DNA of 64,000 nucleotides from assembly GCF_009914755.1 (NCBI RefSeq), contig NC_060929.1. One strand, given 5' to 3'. Positions 47,101 through 62,479 of the stretch are shown here, piece after piece. Every line of letters starts with the position of its first letter. Positions within the stretch are counted from its first letter, which is position 1. Source of the stretch: the human T2T-CHM13v2.0 reference genome, Homo sapiens. The position numbers and the translations under genes were made by a program. The notes under the pieces were generated by a model, which saw nothing but the letters and a program-made list of their open reading frames with translations, searched no databases and had not been told where the DNA came from.

Positions 47101-50100
47101 CATTCTTCTCAGCACCACATGGCACTTATTCTAAAATGGACCACATAATTGGAAGTAAAACACTCCTCAGCAAATGCAAAAGAACAGAAGTCATAACAAA
47201 CAGTCTCTCAGTCCACAGTGCAATCAAATTAGAACTCAGAATTAAGAAACTCACTCAAAACTGCAAAACTATATGGAAACTGAACAGCCTGCTCCTGAAT
47301 GACTACTGGGTAAATAATGAAATTAAGGCAGAAATAAATAAGTTCTTTAAACCAATGACAACAAAGACACAATGTACCACAATCTCAGGACACAGCTAAA
47401 GCAGTGTTTAGAGGGAAATTTGTAGCACTAAATGCCCACATCAGAAAGTGGGAAAGATTTAAAATCGATACCCTAAATTCACAATTAAAAGAACTAGAGA
47501 GGCAAGAGCAAACAAATTCAAAAGCTAGCAGAAGACAAGGAATAACAAAGATCAGAGCAGAACTGAAGGAGATAGAGACAAAAAAAAACAACCCTTCAAA
47601 AAATCAATAAATCCAGGAACTGGTTTTTTTAAAGATTAACGAAATAGGTAGACCAGTAGCCAGACTAATAAAGAATAAAAGAAAGAAGAATCAAACAGAC
47701 ACAATAAAAAATTGTAAAGGGGATATCTCCATTGATCCCACAGAAATACAAATTACCATCAGAGAATACTGTAAACAACTCTACACAAACTAGAAAATCC
47801 AGAAGAAATTCATAAATTCCTGGATACATACACCCTCCCAAGTCTAAACCAGGAAGAGGTTGAATCCCTGAATAGACCAATAACAAGTTCTGAAATTGAG
47901 GCAGTAAGTAATAGCCTACCAAACAAAAAAGCCTCAGGACAAGATGGATTCACAGCTGAATTCTGCCAGAGATACAAAGAGGAGCTGGTACCATTCCTTC
48001 TGAAACTATTCCAATCAATAGAAAAAGAGGGACTCCTCCCTAACTCATTTTATGAGGCCAGCATCATCCTGATACCAAAGCCTGGCACAGACACAACAAA
48101 AAAAGAAAATTTCAGGCCAATATCCCTGATGAACATTGATGCAAAAATCCTCAATAAAATACTGGCAAACCAAATCCAGCAGCACATCAAAAAGCTTATC
48201 CACCACGATCAAGTCGGCTTCATCCCTGGGATGCAAGGCTGGTTCAACACACACAAATCAATAAATGTAATCTATCACATAAACAGAACCAATGACAAAA
48301 ACCACATGATTATCCCAATAGATGTATAAAAGGCCTTCAATAAAATTCAACACCCCTTCATGCTAAAAACACTCAATAAGCTACGTATTGATGGAACATA
48401 TCTCAAAATAATAAGAGCTATTTATGACAAACCCATAGCCAATATCATACTGAATGAGCAAAAGCTGGAAGCATTCTCTTTGAAAACTGGCACAAGACAA
48501 GGATTCCCTCTCTCTCCACTGCTATTCAACATAGTATTGGAAGTTCTGGCCAGGACAATCAGGCAGAGAAAGAGAAAGAAATAAAGGGTATTCAAATAGG
48601 CAGAGAGGAAGTCAAATTGTCTGTGTTTGCAGATGACATGATTGTACATTTAGAAAACCACATCGTCTCACCCCAAAAACTCCTTAAGCCGATAAGCATA
48701 ATCAGCAAAGTCTCAGTATACAAAATGAATGGGCAAAAATCACAAGCATTCCTATACACCAATAATAGGCAAACAGAAAGCCAAGAATGAGTTAACTCCC
48801 ATTCACTATTGCTACAAAGAGAATAAAACACCTAGGAATACAACTTAGAAGGGACATGAAGGACCTCTTCAAGAAGAACTACAAACCACTGCTCAAGGAA
48901 ATAAGAGAGGACATAAACAAATGAAAAAAAAAAATCCATGTTCCTGGATAGGAAGAATCAATATTGTGAAAATGTCCATACTGCCCAAAGTAATTGATAA
49001 ATTCAATGCTATTCCCATCAAGCTACCATAGACTTTCTTCACAGAATTAGAAAAAGCTACTTTAAATTTCCTATAGAACCAAAAAAGAGCCCATATAGCC
49101 AAGACAATTCTAAGCATAAAGAACAAAGCTGGAGGCATCATGCTACCTGACTTCAAACTATACTACAAGGCTACAGTAAACAAAACAGCATGGTGCTGGT
49201 ACCAAAACAGATATATAGACCAATGGAACAGAACAGAGGCCTCAGAAATAACACCTCACATCTACAACCATCTGATCTTTGACAAACCTGACAAAAACAA
49301 GCAATGGGCAAAGGATTCCCTATTTAATAAGTAGTGTTGGGAAAACTGGCTAGCCATATGCAGAAAACTGAAACTAGACCCTTTCCTTACACCTTATACA
49401 AAAATTAACTCAAGATGGATTAAATATTTCAACATAAGACCTAAAACCATAAAAGCCTTAGAAGAAAACCTAGGCAATACCATTCAGGACATAGGCAGGG
49501 GCAAACACTTCATAGCTGAAACACCAAAAGCAATGGCAACAAAAGCCAAAATTGACAAATGGGATCTAACTAAACTAACACAGCTTCTGCACAGCAAAAG
49601 AAACTATCATCAGAATGAACAGGCAACCTACAGAATGGGAGAAAATTTTTGCAATCTATCCACCTGACAAAGGTCCAATATCCAGAATCTACAAGAAACT
49701 TAAACAAATTTATGAAAAAAAAAAAAACCCTTCAAAAAGTGGGCAAAGGATATGAACAGACACTCCTCAAAAGAAGAAATTTATGCGGCCAACAGACATA
49801 GGAAAAAAATATCATCATCACTGGTCATTAGAGAAATGCAAATCAAAACCACAATGAGATACCATCTCATGCCAATTAGAATGGCGATCATTAAAAAGTC
49901 AGGAAACAACAGATGCTGGAGAGGATGTGGAGAAATAGGAAAGTTTTTACACTGTTGGTGGGAGTGTAAATTATTTCAACCATTGTGGAAGACGGTGTGG
50001 CAATTCCTCAAGGATCTAGAACCAGAAATACCATTTGACCCAGCAATCCCATAACTGGGTATATACCCAATGGATTATAAATCATTCTGCTATAAAGAGA

Positions 50101-50577
50101 CATGCACAGGTATGTTTATTGCAGCACTATTTATAATAACAAAGACTTGGAACCAACCCAAGTGCCCATAAATGATAGACCAAAGAAACTGTGGCATACA
50201 TACACCATGGAATACTATGCAGCCATAAAAAATAATGAGTTCAGGTCCTTTTTGGGGACATGGATGAAGCTGGAAACCATCATTATCAGCAAACTAACAC
50301 AGGAACAGAAAACCAAACACCACATGTTCTCACTCAGTGGGAGTTGAACAATGAGAAGACATGGACACAAGGAGGGGAACATCACACACTGCAGCCTGCT
50401 GGGGGTTGGGAGGCAAGGGGAGGGATAGCATTAGGAGAACTACATAATGCATGTGGGGCTTAAAACCTAGATGAAGGGTTGATGAGTACAGCAAACCACC
50501 ATGGCACATATATACCTATGTAACAAACCTGCAAGTTCTGCACATGTATCCCAGAACTTAAAGTATTTTAAAAAATA
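44149..50577 (+). mobile_element. Full-length L1PA7-like LINE-1, both ORFs disrupted
   Basis: 5'UTR start 'agatggtcaaatag'; ORF1 remnant ~45409-46450; ORF2 from ~46515 (MTGSNSQITIL) with many stops; 3'UTR 'gcatgtggggcttaaaacctagatg'; TSD ataaaataaaagt (44136-44148, 50578-50590). Confidence 0.96.
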
Positions 50578-50989
50578 ATAAAATAAAAGTGCAAATAGGA
50601 CCCTAGAAAGTCAATATGTAAATTTTTCCTTGTTGAGTAAATTGTTTTGTGACTATATGGTATTGTAATTTCTAAATGTATTTTGTGTGTCTGTCTCCCC
50701 TATTGGACTGTGAGCTGCTTGAGGGCACAGGCTACTCCCTATTCAGCTATCTGTCTGTAACACCTAACATACTGCCTGGCTCATGGTAGATACTCACAGA
50801 TTTTAATTAATTAATTAAACTAACAGTTTAGACCAAATGCCAAAATTATGTAGTATTCATGGCTTGAGTGTGTAAAGGTGAGGAAGGACAATATCTGATT
50901 GCTTATCTAAAATATTCTCCTGGTTTTGCCATTTATGATAACTTGAGGTTAAGTTTACCTCCTCATTATCTATGTTTCAAAGCAAAATT

Positions 50990-51385
50990 TGGCCTATATT
51001 CTGACTTTGAAACTAAACCCCAATTTTTAGCTGGACATATTTCTCAGATTCCCTTGCAAGTAAGGATGGCTATATGACTCAGGTGTGGCCAATGAAATGT
51101 AAATGTGAAGTATTAAATGGCACTTTCTGAGTCTTTAAAAGTCTTCCTAAACATCTTTAACAAGAGAAAAGGAGAAATGCATCTCTGTGCTCCTTCCTGG
51201 TCCTGCAATTTGAATGTGATGGCTGGAGTGCAAAGAACCTCTTCAAGACAAGGCAGAACAAGAAAGAAGCCTGCACCCAAGCATGGAAGCCCTACACCAG
51301 CCTTGGGCAGCCTATCTCAGGGCTTATTCATGAGGAAAAAAGAAAGAAACTTTCACCTTGTTTAAATCTCTGTTGTTTGTTTTTT
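50990..51385. mobile_element. Old MLT1-type LTR fragment
   Basis: 'atttctcagattcccttgcaagtaaggatggctatatgactcagg...ccaatgaaatg' pattern. Confidence 0.55.
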
Positions 51386-52023
51386 GGGCTTTGGGGTTGT
51401 GTCGTTGTTGTTGTTAAAAACTGCTAAAAATAATCCTCATTGAAACCCACATTATTTAATTAATAGTGTAAAATAGAAAGGAACCAAATTGACAACCTAC
51501 ATATCTTTTTTTTAAAGGACCGCTTGGTTCTGTGGAATTATATGCTGTTCCTTAGAAATACATTTTCTCCATTGAATAAAAATACTTAACTTCATCTCCC
51601 TTGTCTGGACACCAGGGCTTCAAACATGTTAAATTAATTCACTAAGAATAAGGTCTCAGAGTTTTGCTAAATAAATCCTTCCAAAGACACCACAAACTAC
51701 CCATCCTTAACCCACTTTCAATTTCAGCCTTGGGAAACCCATTTCAAAATCACACTCTCTTTGGCAGACTCTGAAAAAATTTGAGGAGGCAAGACACTAG
51801 AAAGACATTGTCGAGGAAGGCTTTTCATAATCTCATTATTTTCTCCCTCTGGAGATTCACCGCTATGAAAAATGTGATTTTCTTGGTTCCTGTATAGGAA
51901 TGCCACCTGAAACACACACACACCCATCTCCCCAGAGCCACTGTCTCACTTCTGGACCACTAGATCTACATAAGCAACATACTTCACTAGTCAAACTTCA
52001 CACATCTGCTGTCTCAAGCAGTG

Positions 52024-52099
52024 AGCCTCAGAATGTCTATAGCCTCAGAATGTCTATTGAGCCTAAGTTGAAACTCAATATAGCCTAAGTTGAAACTCA
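52024..52099. repeat. Two adjacent short tandem duplications
   Basis: agcctcagaatgtctat x2, then agcctaagttgaaactca x2. Confidence 0.9.
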
Positions 52100-52132
52100 G
52101 TTGTGTTGAGATTTAAATACCAAGTTCAATAA

Positions 52133-52899
<767 letters not shown>

Positions 52900-52902
52900 T
52901 TT

Positions 52903-52920
52903 TGGCGACCACAAAGGGAC
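52903..52920 (+). other. Primer-binding site (tRNA-Arg type)
   Basis: TGGCGACCACAAAGGGAC just after the 5' LTR. Confidence 0.8.
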
Positions 52921-53617
52921 ATCCAATGTGGTGAGAAATATTAGACCACTTTTGCTTGCTATTCTGTCCTATCCTTCCTTAGAATTGGAGGAAAATACCA
53001 GGCACCTGTCAGCCAGTTAAAAATGATTAGTGTGGCCACCAGACTTAAGACTCAGGTGTGAGCCTATCTGGGGAAGGGCTTTCTAACAACCCCCAACCCT
53101 TCTGGGTTGGGGACATTGGTCTGCCTGGAGCCAGCTGCCACTTTCAATTTTCTTGGGGAAGCCAAGGGCTGACTACAGGCAGAAAGCTGTCATCCCAAAC
53201 TCCTGGCAGTAGCCGGATGAGATCATGGTACAGCCAGAAGTCTCTACTCAACAGTCGCCCATGCATGCGCCCCTACCTTTCCTTCTGACCCATACCTCCT
53301 GGGTCCCAACCATGACTTTCTTGAAAGTGTAGCCCCAAAATTATCCTTACCTCTGAATCTACTTCCTCTGATCCCTGCCTCCTAGGTACTAATGGTTCAG
53401 ACTTTCATTTCCTCTAGCAAGTTGTATCTCCAAAGGGATCTAAGGAAGCTACGCTGTGTCCTTAGGCACCCAGGCTATAACCCAGGGAGTTTTATCCCTG
53501 GAGTCCCTCCCGATTTAGGTATACAGCTCTCAACATGGGCAGTTATGGGGGACCCGTTCCCCACCACCCTTGCCAGGGCCCCAAGCTTGTAATGGCTAAG
53601 AGAGAGACGCGGAGGGA

Positions 53618-53656
<39 letters not shown>

Positions 53657-54798
53657 AGAGAGAGACAGAGAGAGAGACAGACAGAGAGGTAAAGAGGGAG
53701 TGAAAGAGTAAAAGATAAAAATAGTAAAAAAAACAGTGTGCCCTATTCCTTTAAAAGCCAGGGTAAATTTAAAACCTATAATTGATAATTGAAGGTCTTC
53801 TCCATGACCCTATAACACTCCAATGCCACTTTGTTGTCAGTGTAAATCAGGGCGTAGCCCAAAAGCACTGAGGCCACTGACAACCCATAGCCTTCCTATC
53901 AAAAATCCTTAACCAGTTACCCGCGGATGGGCCAAATGCATTCAGTCGGTAGCAGCAACTGCTTTGCTAAAAGTGGAAAAGTACTTTTAGAGGAAACCTC
54001 ATTGTGAGTACACCTCACGAGTTCAGAATTATTCTAAGTCAAAAAAGCAAAAAGGTAGCTTACTAACTCAAAAATCTTAAAGTATGGGGCTACTATGTTA
54101 GAAAAAGGCAATGTAACTCCAACCACTGATAATTCCCTTAACCCAGCAGATTTCCTAACAGGTGATTTAAATCTTAATTACCATACAAAGGTCCAACCAG
54201 ACCTAGGAGGAACTGCCTTCAGGACAGGACGATAGATGGTGATTGAGGAAAAAAACCACAATTGGTATTCAGTAATTCATGCGGAGACTTGTGGAAGCAG
54301 AGTTACAAAAATTGCCTAATAATTGGTCTCCTCAAACGTGTGAGCTGTTTGCACTCAGCCAAGTCTTAAAGTACTTACAAAATCAAAAGACTATCTCAAT
54401 CCTGACTCAAAAGATTTGCTACACCTTCTCTGAAATGAATTTGCATAAGAACTGTTGTTTATGGGAATGCCTCTTGAAGGGGCAGCTGGCTTGTTATGAA
54501 ATACTCAGGAACCCATCCCAGCTCTAGGACTTACCCCTGAGCACAAAGGCAATGTTGGGCATGCTGGTAAAGGACCACTGGAATCCAGCAGCCCAAACCC
54601 CTTTCTTTGTGGTTAAGAAAGGCAGGAAAACAGATGCAGGATTGCTACATTGGTGAGTGTAACTAATCCGATAAGCAGAGGTCCATGGGTGGTTACGCAC
54701 CCTGGAAAGGAATAAGCATTACGACCATACAGGATGCTCTAGAAAATGCTCACTGGAAAATGACTAGGGGTACTGGCATCCCTATGTTCTTTTTTCAG

Positions 54799-56257
54799 AC
54801 AGAAAACATTCCCCCCAAGGCAAAAACACCCCTAAGATGTATTCTGGAGAATTAGGACCAATTTGACCCTTAGACGCTAAGAAAGTAATGACTTACATTC
54901 TTCTGCAATACCGCCTGGCCATGATATCCTCTTCAAGGAGGAGAAAGCTGGCCTCCTGAGGGAGGTATAAATTATAACACCATCTTACAGCTAGACCCCT
55001 TTTGTAGAAAAGAAGGCAAGTGGAGTGAAGTGCCATATGTACAAACTTTCTTTTCATTAAGAGACAACTTGCAATTATGTAAAAAGTGTGATTTATGCCC
55101 TACAGGAAGCCCCCAGAGTCTACCTCCCTACCCCAGCATCCCCCTGATTCCTTCCCCAACTAATAAGAACCCCCCCTTCAACCCAAACAGCCCAAAAGGA
55201 GGTAGACAAAGGGGTAAACAATGAACCAAAGAGTGCCAATATTCCCCAATTATGCCCCCTCCAAGCAGTGGGAGGAGGAGAATTCGGCCCAGCCAGAGTG
55301 CATGTACCTTTTTCTCTCTCAGACTTAAAGCAAATTAAAATAGACCTAGATAAATTCTCAGATAACCCTGATGGCTATATTAATGTTTTACAAGGGTTAG
55401 GACAATCCTTTGATCTGACATGGAGAGTCATAATGCTACTGCTAAATCAGACACTAACCCCAAATGAAAAAAGTACTGCCACAACTGCAGCCTGAGAGTT
55501 TGGTGATTTCTGGTAGCTCAGTCAGGTCAATGAGAGGATGACAACAGAAGAAAGAGAATGATTCCCCACAGGCCAGCAGGCAGTTCCCAGTGTAGACTCT
55601 CACTGGGACACAGAATCAGAACATGGAGATTGGTGCCGCAGACATTTGCTAACTTGCGTGCTAGAAGGACTAAGGAAAACTAGGAAGAAGCCTGTGAATT
55701 ATTCAACGATGTCCACTATAGCACAGGGAAAGGAAGAAAATCCTACTGCCTTTCTGGAGAGACTAAGGGAGGCACTGAGGAAGCATACCTCCCTGTCACA
55801 TGACTCTATTGAAGGCCAACTAATCTTAAAGGATAAGTTTATCAGTCAGCTGCAGACATTAGGAAAAAACTTCAATAGTCTGCCTTAGGCCCAGAGCAAA
55901 ACTTAGAAACCCTACTGAACTTGGCAAACTCGGTTTTTTATAATAGAGGTCAAGAGGAGCAGGCGGAACGGGACAAACGGGACTAAAAAAAAGGCCACCG
56001 CTTTAGTCATGGCCCTCAGGCAAGCGGACTTTGGAGGCTCTGGAAAAGGGAAATGCTGGGCAAATCAAATGCCTAATAGGGCTTGCTTCCAGTGCGGTCT
56101 GCAAGGACACTTTAAAAAAGATTGTCCAAGTAGAAGTAAGGCACCCCCTTGTCCATACCCCTTATGTCAAGGGAATCACTGAAAGGCCCACTGCCCCAGG
56201 GGACAAAGGTCCTCTGAGTCAGAAGCCACTAACCAGATGATCCAGCAGCAGGACTGA
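54799..56257 (+). pseudogene. HERV-W gag remnant
   Basis: MHR-like QGKEENPTAFLERL; CCHC knuckle DNA near 56083-56124; QQQD-TGA end; start codon apparently mutated; many stops. Confidence 0.88.
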
Positions 56258-58850
56258 GGGTGCCCAGGGCAAGCACCAGCCCATGCCGTCACCCTCACAG
56301 AGCCCCAGGTATGCTTGACCATTGAGGGCCAGGAGGTTAACTGTCTCCTGGACACTGGTGCGGCCTTCTCAGTCTTACTCTCCTGTCCCGGACAACTGTC
56401 TTCCAGATCTGTCACTGTCTGAGGGGTCCTAGGACAGTCAGTCACTAGATACTTCTCCCAGTCACTAAGTTGTGATGGGGGAGCTTTACTCTTTTCACAT
56501 GCTTTTCTAATTATGCCTGAAAGCCCCACTCCCTTGTTAGGGAGAGAAATTCTAGCAAAAGCAGGGGCCATTATACACCTGAACATAGGAGAAGGAACAC
56601 CACTTTGCTGTCCCCTGCTTGAGGAAGGAATTAATCCTGAATTCTGGGCAACAGAAGGACAATATGGATGAGCAAAGAATGCCCATCCTGTCGAAGTTAA
56701 ACTAAAGGATTCCGCCTCCTTTCCCTACCAAAGGCAGTACCTCCTTAGACCTGAGGCCCAACAAGGACTCCAAAAGATTGTTAAGGACCTAAAAGCCCAA
56801 GGCCTAGTAAAACCACACAATAGCCTCTGCAATACTCCAATTTTAAAAGTACAGAAACCCAACGGACAGTGGAGGTTAGTGCAAGATCTCAGGATTATCA
56901 ATGAGGCTGTTGTTCCTCTATACCCAGCTGTACCTAGTCCTTATACTCTGCTTTCCCAAATACCAGAGGAAGCAGAGTGATTTACAGTCCTGTACCTTAA
57001 GGATGCCTTCTTCTGCATCCCTGTACATCCTGACTCTCAATTCTTGTTTGCCTTTGAAGATCCTTCAAACCCAACGTCTCAAATCACCTGGACTGTTACC
57101 CCAAGGGTTCAGGGATAGTCCCCATCTATTTGGCCAGGCATTAGCCCAAGACTTGAGCCCATTCTCATACCTGGACACCCTTGTCCTTCGGTATGTGGAT
57201 GATTTACTTTTAGCTGCCCGTTCAGAAACCTTGTGCCATCAAGCCACCCAAGCGCTCTTAAATTTCCTCACTACCTGTGGCTACAAGGTTTCCAAACCAA
57301 AGGCTCGGCTCTGCTCACAGCAGGTTAAATACTTAGGGCTAAAATTATCCAAAGGCACCACAGCCCTCAGTGAGATGTATCCAGCCTATACTGGCTTATC
57401 CTCACCCCAAAACCCTAAAGCAACTAAGACGGTTCCTTGGCATAACAGGTTTCTGCCGAATATGGATTTCCAGGTACAGTGAAATAGCCAGACCATTATA
57501 TACACTAATTAAGGAAACTCAGAAAGCCAATATCCATTTAGTAAGATGGATACCTGAAACAGAAGCAGCTTTCCAGGCCCTAAAGAAGGCCCTAACCAAG
57601 CCCCAGTGTTAAGCTTGCCAATGGGGCAAGACTTTTCTTTATATGTCACACACAAAAAAACAGGAATAGCTCTAAGAGTCCTTACACAGGTCCAAGAGAT
57701 GAGTTTGCAACCCGTGGCATACCTGAGTAAGGAAACTGATGCAGTGGCAAAGGGTTGGCCTCATTGTTTACAGGTAGTGACGGCAGTAACAGTCTTAGTA
57801 TCTGAAGCAGTTAAAATAATACAGGGAAGAGATTTTACTGTGTGGACATCTCATGATGTGAATGGCATACTCACTGCTAAAGGAGACTTGTGGCCGTCAG
57901 ACAAAAGTTTACTTAAATATCAGGCTCTATTACTTGAAGGGCCAGTGCTGCAACTGCGCACTTGTGCAACTCTTAACCCAGGCACATTTCTTTCAGACAA
58001 TGAAGAAAAGATAGAACATAAATGTCAACAAGTAATTGCTCAAACCTATTCCGCTTGAGGGGAGCTTTTAGAGGTTCCCTTGACTGATTCCGACTTCAAC
58101 TTGTACACTGATGGCAGTTCCTTTGTAGAAAAAGGACTTTGAAAAGCGGGGTATGCAGTAGTCAGTGATAATGGAACACTTGAAAGTATTCCTCTCACTC
58201 CAGGAACTACTGCTCAGCTGGCAAAACTCACTCGGGCCCTAGAATTAGGAGAAGGAAAAAGGGTAAATATATATACAGAATCTAAGTATGCTTACCTAGT
58301 CCTCCATGCCCATGCAGCAATATGGAGAGAAAGGGAATTCCTAACTTCTGAGGGAACACCTATCAAACATCAGGAAGCCATTAGGGAATTATTATTGGCT
58401 GTACAGAAACCTAAAGAGGTGGCAGTCTTACACTGCCAGGGTCATCAGAAAGGAAAGGAAAGGGAAATAGAAAGGAACTGCCAAGCGGATATTGAAGCCA
58501 AAATAGCCACAAGGCAGGACCCTCCATTAGAAATGCTTATAGAAGGGGACTCCTAGTATGGGGTAATCCCCTCCAGGAAACCAAGCCCCAGTACCCAGAA
58601 GAAGAAATAGAACAGGGAACCTCACGAGGACATAGTTTCCTCCCCTCAGGATGGCAAGCCACCGAAGAAGGAAAAATACTTTTGCCTGCAGCTAACCAAT
58701 GGAAATTACTTAAAACCCTTCACCAAACCTTTCACTTAGGCATTGATAGCACCCATCAGATGGCTAAATTATTATTTACTGGACCAGGCCTTTTCAAAAC
58801 TATCAAGCAGATAGTCGGGGCCTGTAAAGTGTGCCAAAGAAATAATTCCC
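56258..58850 (+). pseudogene. HERV-W pro-pol remnant (PR, RT, RNase H, N-terminal IN only)
   Basis: [32 protein letters not shown] zinc-binding start of IN; frameshifts and stops. Confidence 0.9.
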
Positions 58851-59167
58851 TTCACTGCAGGCCATACATTTCAATCCCTGCATCTTTAACCTCCTTGTTA
58901 AGTTTGTCTCTTCCAGAATCGAAGCTGTAAAACTACAAATTGTTCTTCAAATGGAGCCCCAGATGCAGTCCATGACTAAGATCTACTGCGGATCCCTGGA
59001 CTGGCCTGCTAGCCCATGCTCCAATGTTAATGACATCGAAGGCACCCCTCCCTAGGAAATCTCAACTGCACGACCCCTGCTGCGCCCCAATTCAGCAGGA
59101 AGCAGTTAGAGCAGTTGTTGGCCAACCTCCTCAACAGCACTTGGGTTTTCCTGTTGAGAGGGGGTAC

Positions 59168-59939
<772 letters not shown>

Positions 59940-60269
59940 ATAATTCAGATATAAACATGTAGTGATGGCAGACCACTGGTTTTGAGGCATCTCTCGCATT
60001 ATATGAAGCAACCCTTGTAATCTGTTTTACAAGTTTGGGAATATGTTTTTCCGCCACTGCATACTTACATTTGGCATTTAGCAAATTGATACAAACAAGG
60101 ACAAGCAATCAGAACGTCAGTTGTGGAAGGAAACTTCCGCACCTTCCTCTTAGCCTCCATTGTATCATATAGAAGCCTCATTGTCTTCTCAAACCACCTC
60201 CACTGTCCTGATTCTTAGTGGACACTCACTCTAGATTTTGGCAAGAAATTGGTCATTGCTCTCAGTCTT

Positions 60270-61430
60270 CTTTTTCTTTGTTAAATGTAATACTGTTTAA
60301 CTTCAAAACATTTCAGCATTTTAAACATACAAAAAAAAACAGATAGTTGCAAATCATGTTTAAGTACAGAAAGTTATTGAGCCTTCATTGATGCAGCGGC
60401 TCTTCACTTTGCTGACGGTGAAGAGTTCTACAGTTTGTTTTAAAACAAAGTTTAAAAACTATTGCACTTAACTAAAAAAAAAAACACAACAACAAAAAAA
60501 ATTTCTCATGCCAGTTGACTCCACTTTACCCACAGCTATGAATGGCAGCAGAATTCTGTACATGTCACTATATGCAGAAACAAGACAACTTGAAGCTAAA
60601 TGGATGCCCACTGCAAAGTCAACAGGTCCAGCCTCACAGTGCATGCCCTGAGCTACCACCCCTCCAAAAGCCATCTTCCTCCTACAGCTTCAATGCCAAG
60701 CAAGGGGCATCAAGACTTTGTCTTGGTTGTTTTTCTCTGTTTACAAACTATAGACATATACAGTTGATAACTCAGGATTTCCAGCCAATAACCATATAGT
60801 TAATACCACCTTATGAATTTTTTTAAATGCCAGAAACATCTTTAAATGCCTTGTCACATCAACAGCAAAGTGCACACAGAACATCAGAATGTCTTTTCAT
60901 TTTAAAAATGTTTGGACATATGTACAAGTTTAATACAGCTTCAGGGTGCTCCAGACACCCATGGCCACTTCACATAAATCACTGACAATTTCTAGATCAC
61001 TTTGAGAGACTACAATATGGTTGCAATCAAATTTTGGAATGAAACTTAATGAGGGCAGTAGACACTTCTGAAATAAGAGATGTGTCAATTATGACACGCG
61101 CCTACTCTAAGGTATTCACAGGGAGACAGATAAACAGGTTTTTTTTATTCAGCTTCCTTCTCTTCTTCCTCCTCATTGTCTTTGCCTTCCTCTTCCACCT
61201 CTTTCTGGGCAACTTTAGCAGGACCCTCTGCACCATCAAACTTTCCTTTAGACCTGCAGTCAGAAACATCGTTCTCCCACTTCTCCTTCAGCTTTTCCAC
61301 CTTAGAGATGTAAGGTTGGTCTTCACTGTCACTTGTTATTCCACATCTCACCCAGCATTTTTGCCATGTCTCCAATAGAGATGCCAGGGTTTGTGGATTT
61401 CATCTTGGGGCAGAATTCTGAACAGAACAG
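60270..61430 (-). pseudogene. 5'-truncated processed HMGB3 pseudogene (possibly the locus named HMGB3P16)
   Basis: Minus strand reads [19 protein letters not shown]...[37 protein letters not shown] plus acidic tail, stop at 61145; intronless; ~870-nt 3'UTR-like sequence ending in an A-rich remnant. Confidence 0.9.
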
Positions 61431-61702
61431 AACAGCCTCATGCTAGCTGCCTCCACGAGAGCTGCCTTCTCTGTTTTCTATGCCATAAGACCTTTTGGTT
61501 TTATGCCTTGATGAATTTTAGCGGGACCAGTGTTCTAAGCGAACACTATTCTTCCAAGACGTTTTGTGTTCTCCTAAAAAATAATCACAGATAGACTGTC
61601 TTCAAGGATGAGTAAGGCTTATGGGCAAAAAGTGGTATGGCCCTAGCACCGACTCTTCCTAGGTAATCTGCTCTTATGCAACAACGTGGAAATAGTTCAT
61701 AG

Positions 61703-62012
<310 letters not shown>

Positions 62013-62093
62013 AACACATTTTTTCATTAGTGTATTATTGGCATGGCTATGCAGTACTTGGAGTGGAGTGATTATGGTTAAGAAAACTAAGTG

Positions 62094-62169
62094 TGCCCGG
62101 GAATTTGAGACAAGCCTGAGTAACACAGCAAGGCCCCACTCTAAAAAAGAAAAATAAAGAAATAAATAA
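62094..62169 (+). mobile_element. Severely 5'-truncated Alu monomer insertion
   Basis: ~50 bp of Alu plus A-tail between perfect 14-bp TSDs aagaaaactaagtg (62080-62093, 62170-62183). Confidence 0.85.
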
Positions 62170-62479
62170 AAGAAAACTAAGTGCATTCAAAAAGATGGTC
62201 TGTTCCCTGACAAAAGGCAGAGAGAAGAGCAGGTAGAATGAAGAAGGGTACACACTGTTCTTCACACCTGCAGTAGATTTTAGTTCTGTGTATTTATATT
62301 TTGATCAGGCTATTTTTCCAGCCATCACATAGCCTAAGGCACCATTGAAAATCACCCATGGCACATTTTATCTTGAATGGGGCCTTTCAGGTAGGTAAGA
62401 GATAATGAAGTAAATTGTTAAAATAGTTTTGTCAGTGTTATCACTTGATATTTCCTGATATTTCTGCTACTTTAATTAA

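Noticed and set aside
52024-52099. CRISPR-like repeat array
   Set aside because: Only two pairs of tandem units, no spacers, no cas genes, eukaryotic context.
53599-53710. (GA)n tract as an independent functional element
   Set aside because: It is the known AG-rich expansion in the HERV-W leader.
58868-59110. Syncytin-like env gene
   Set aside because: Only the last part of env remains, with an in-frame stop; SU and most of TM are deleted.
61049-61378. 109-aa hydrophobic plus-strand ORF as a membrane protein
   Set aside because: It is the antisense reading of the HMGB3 pseudogene acidic tail.
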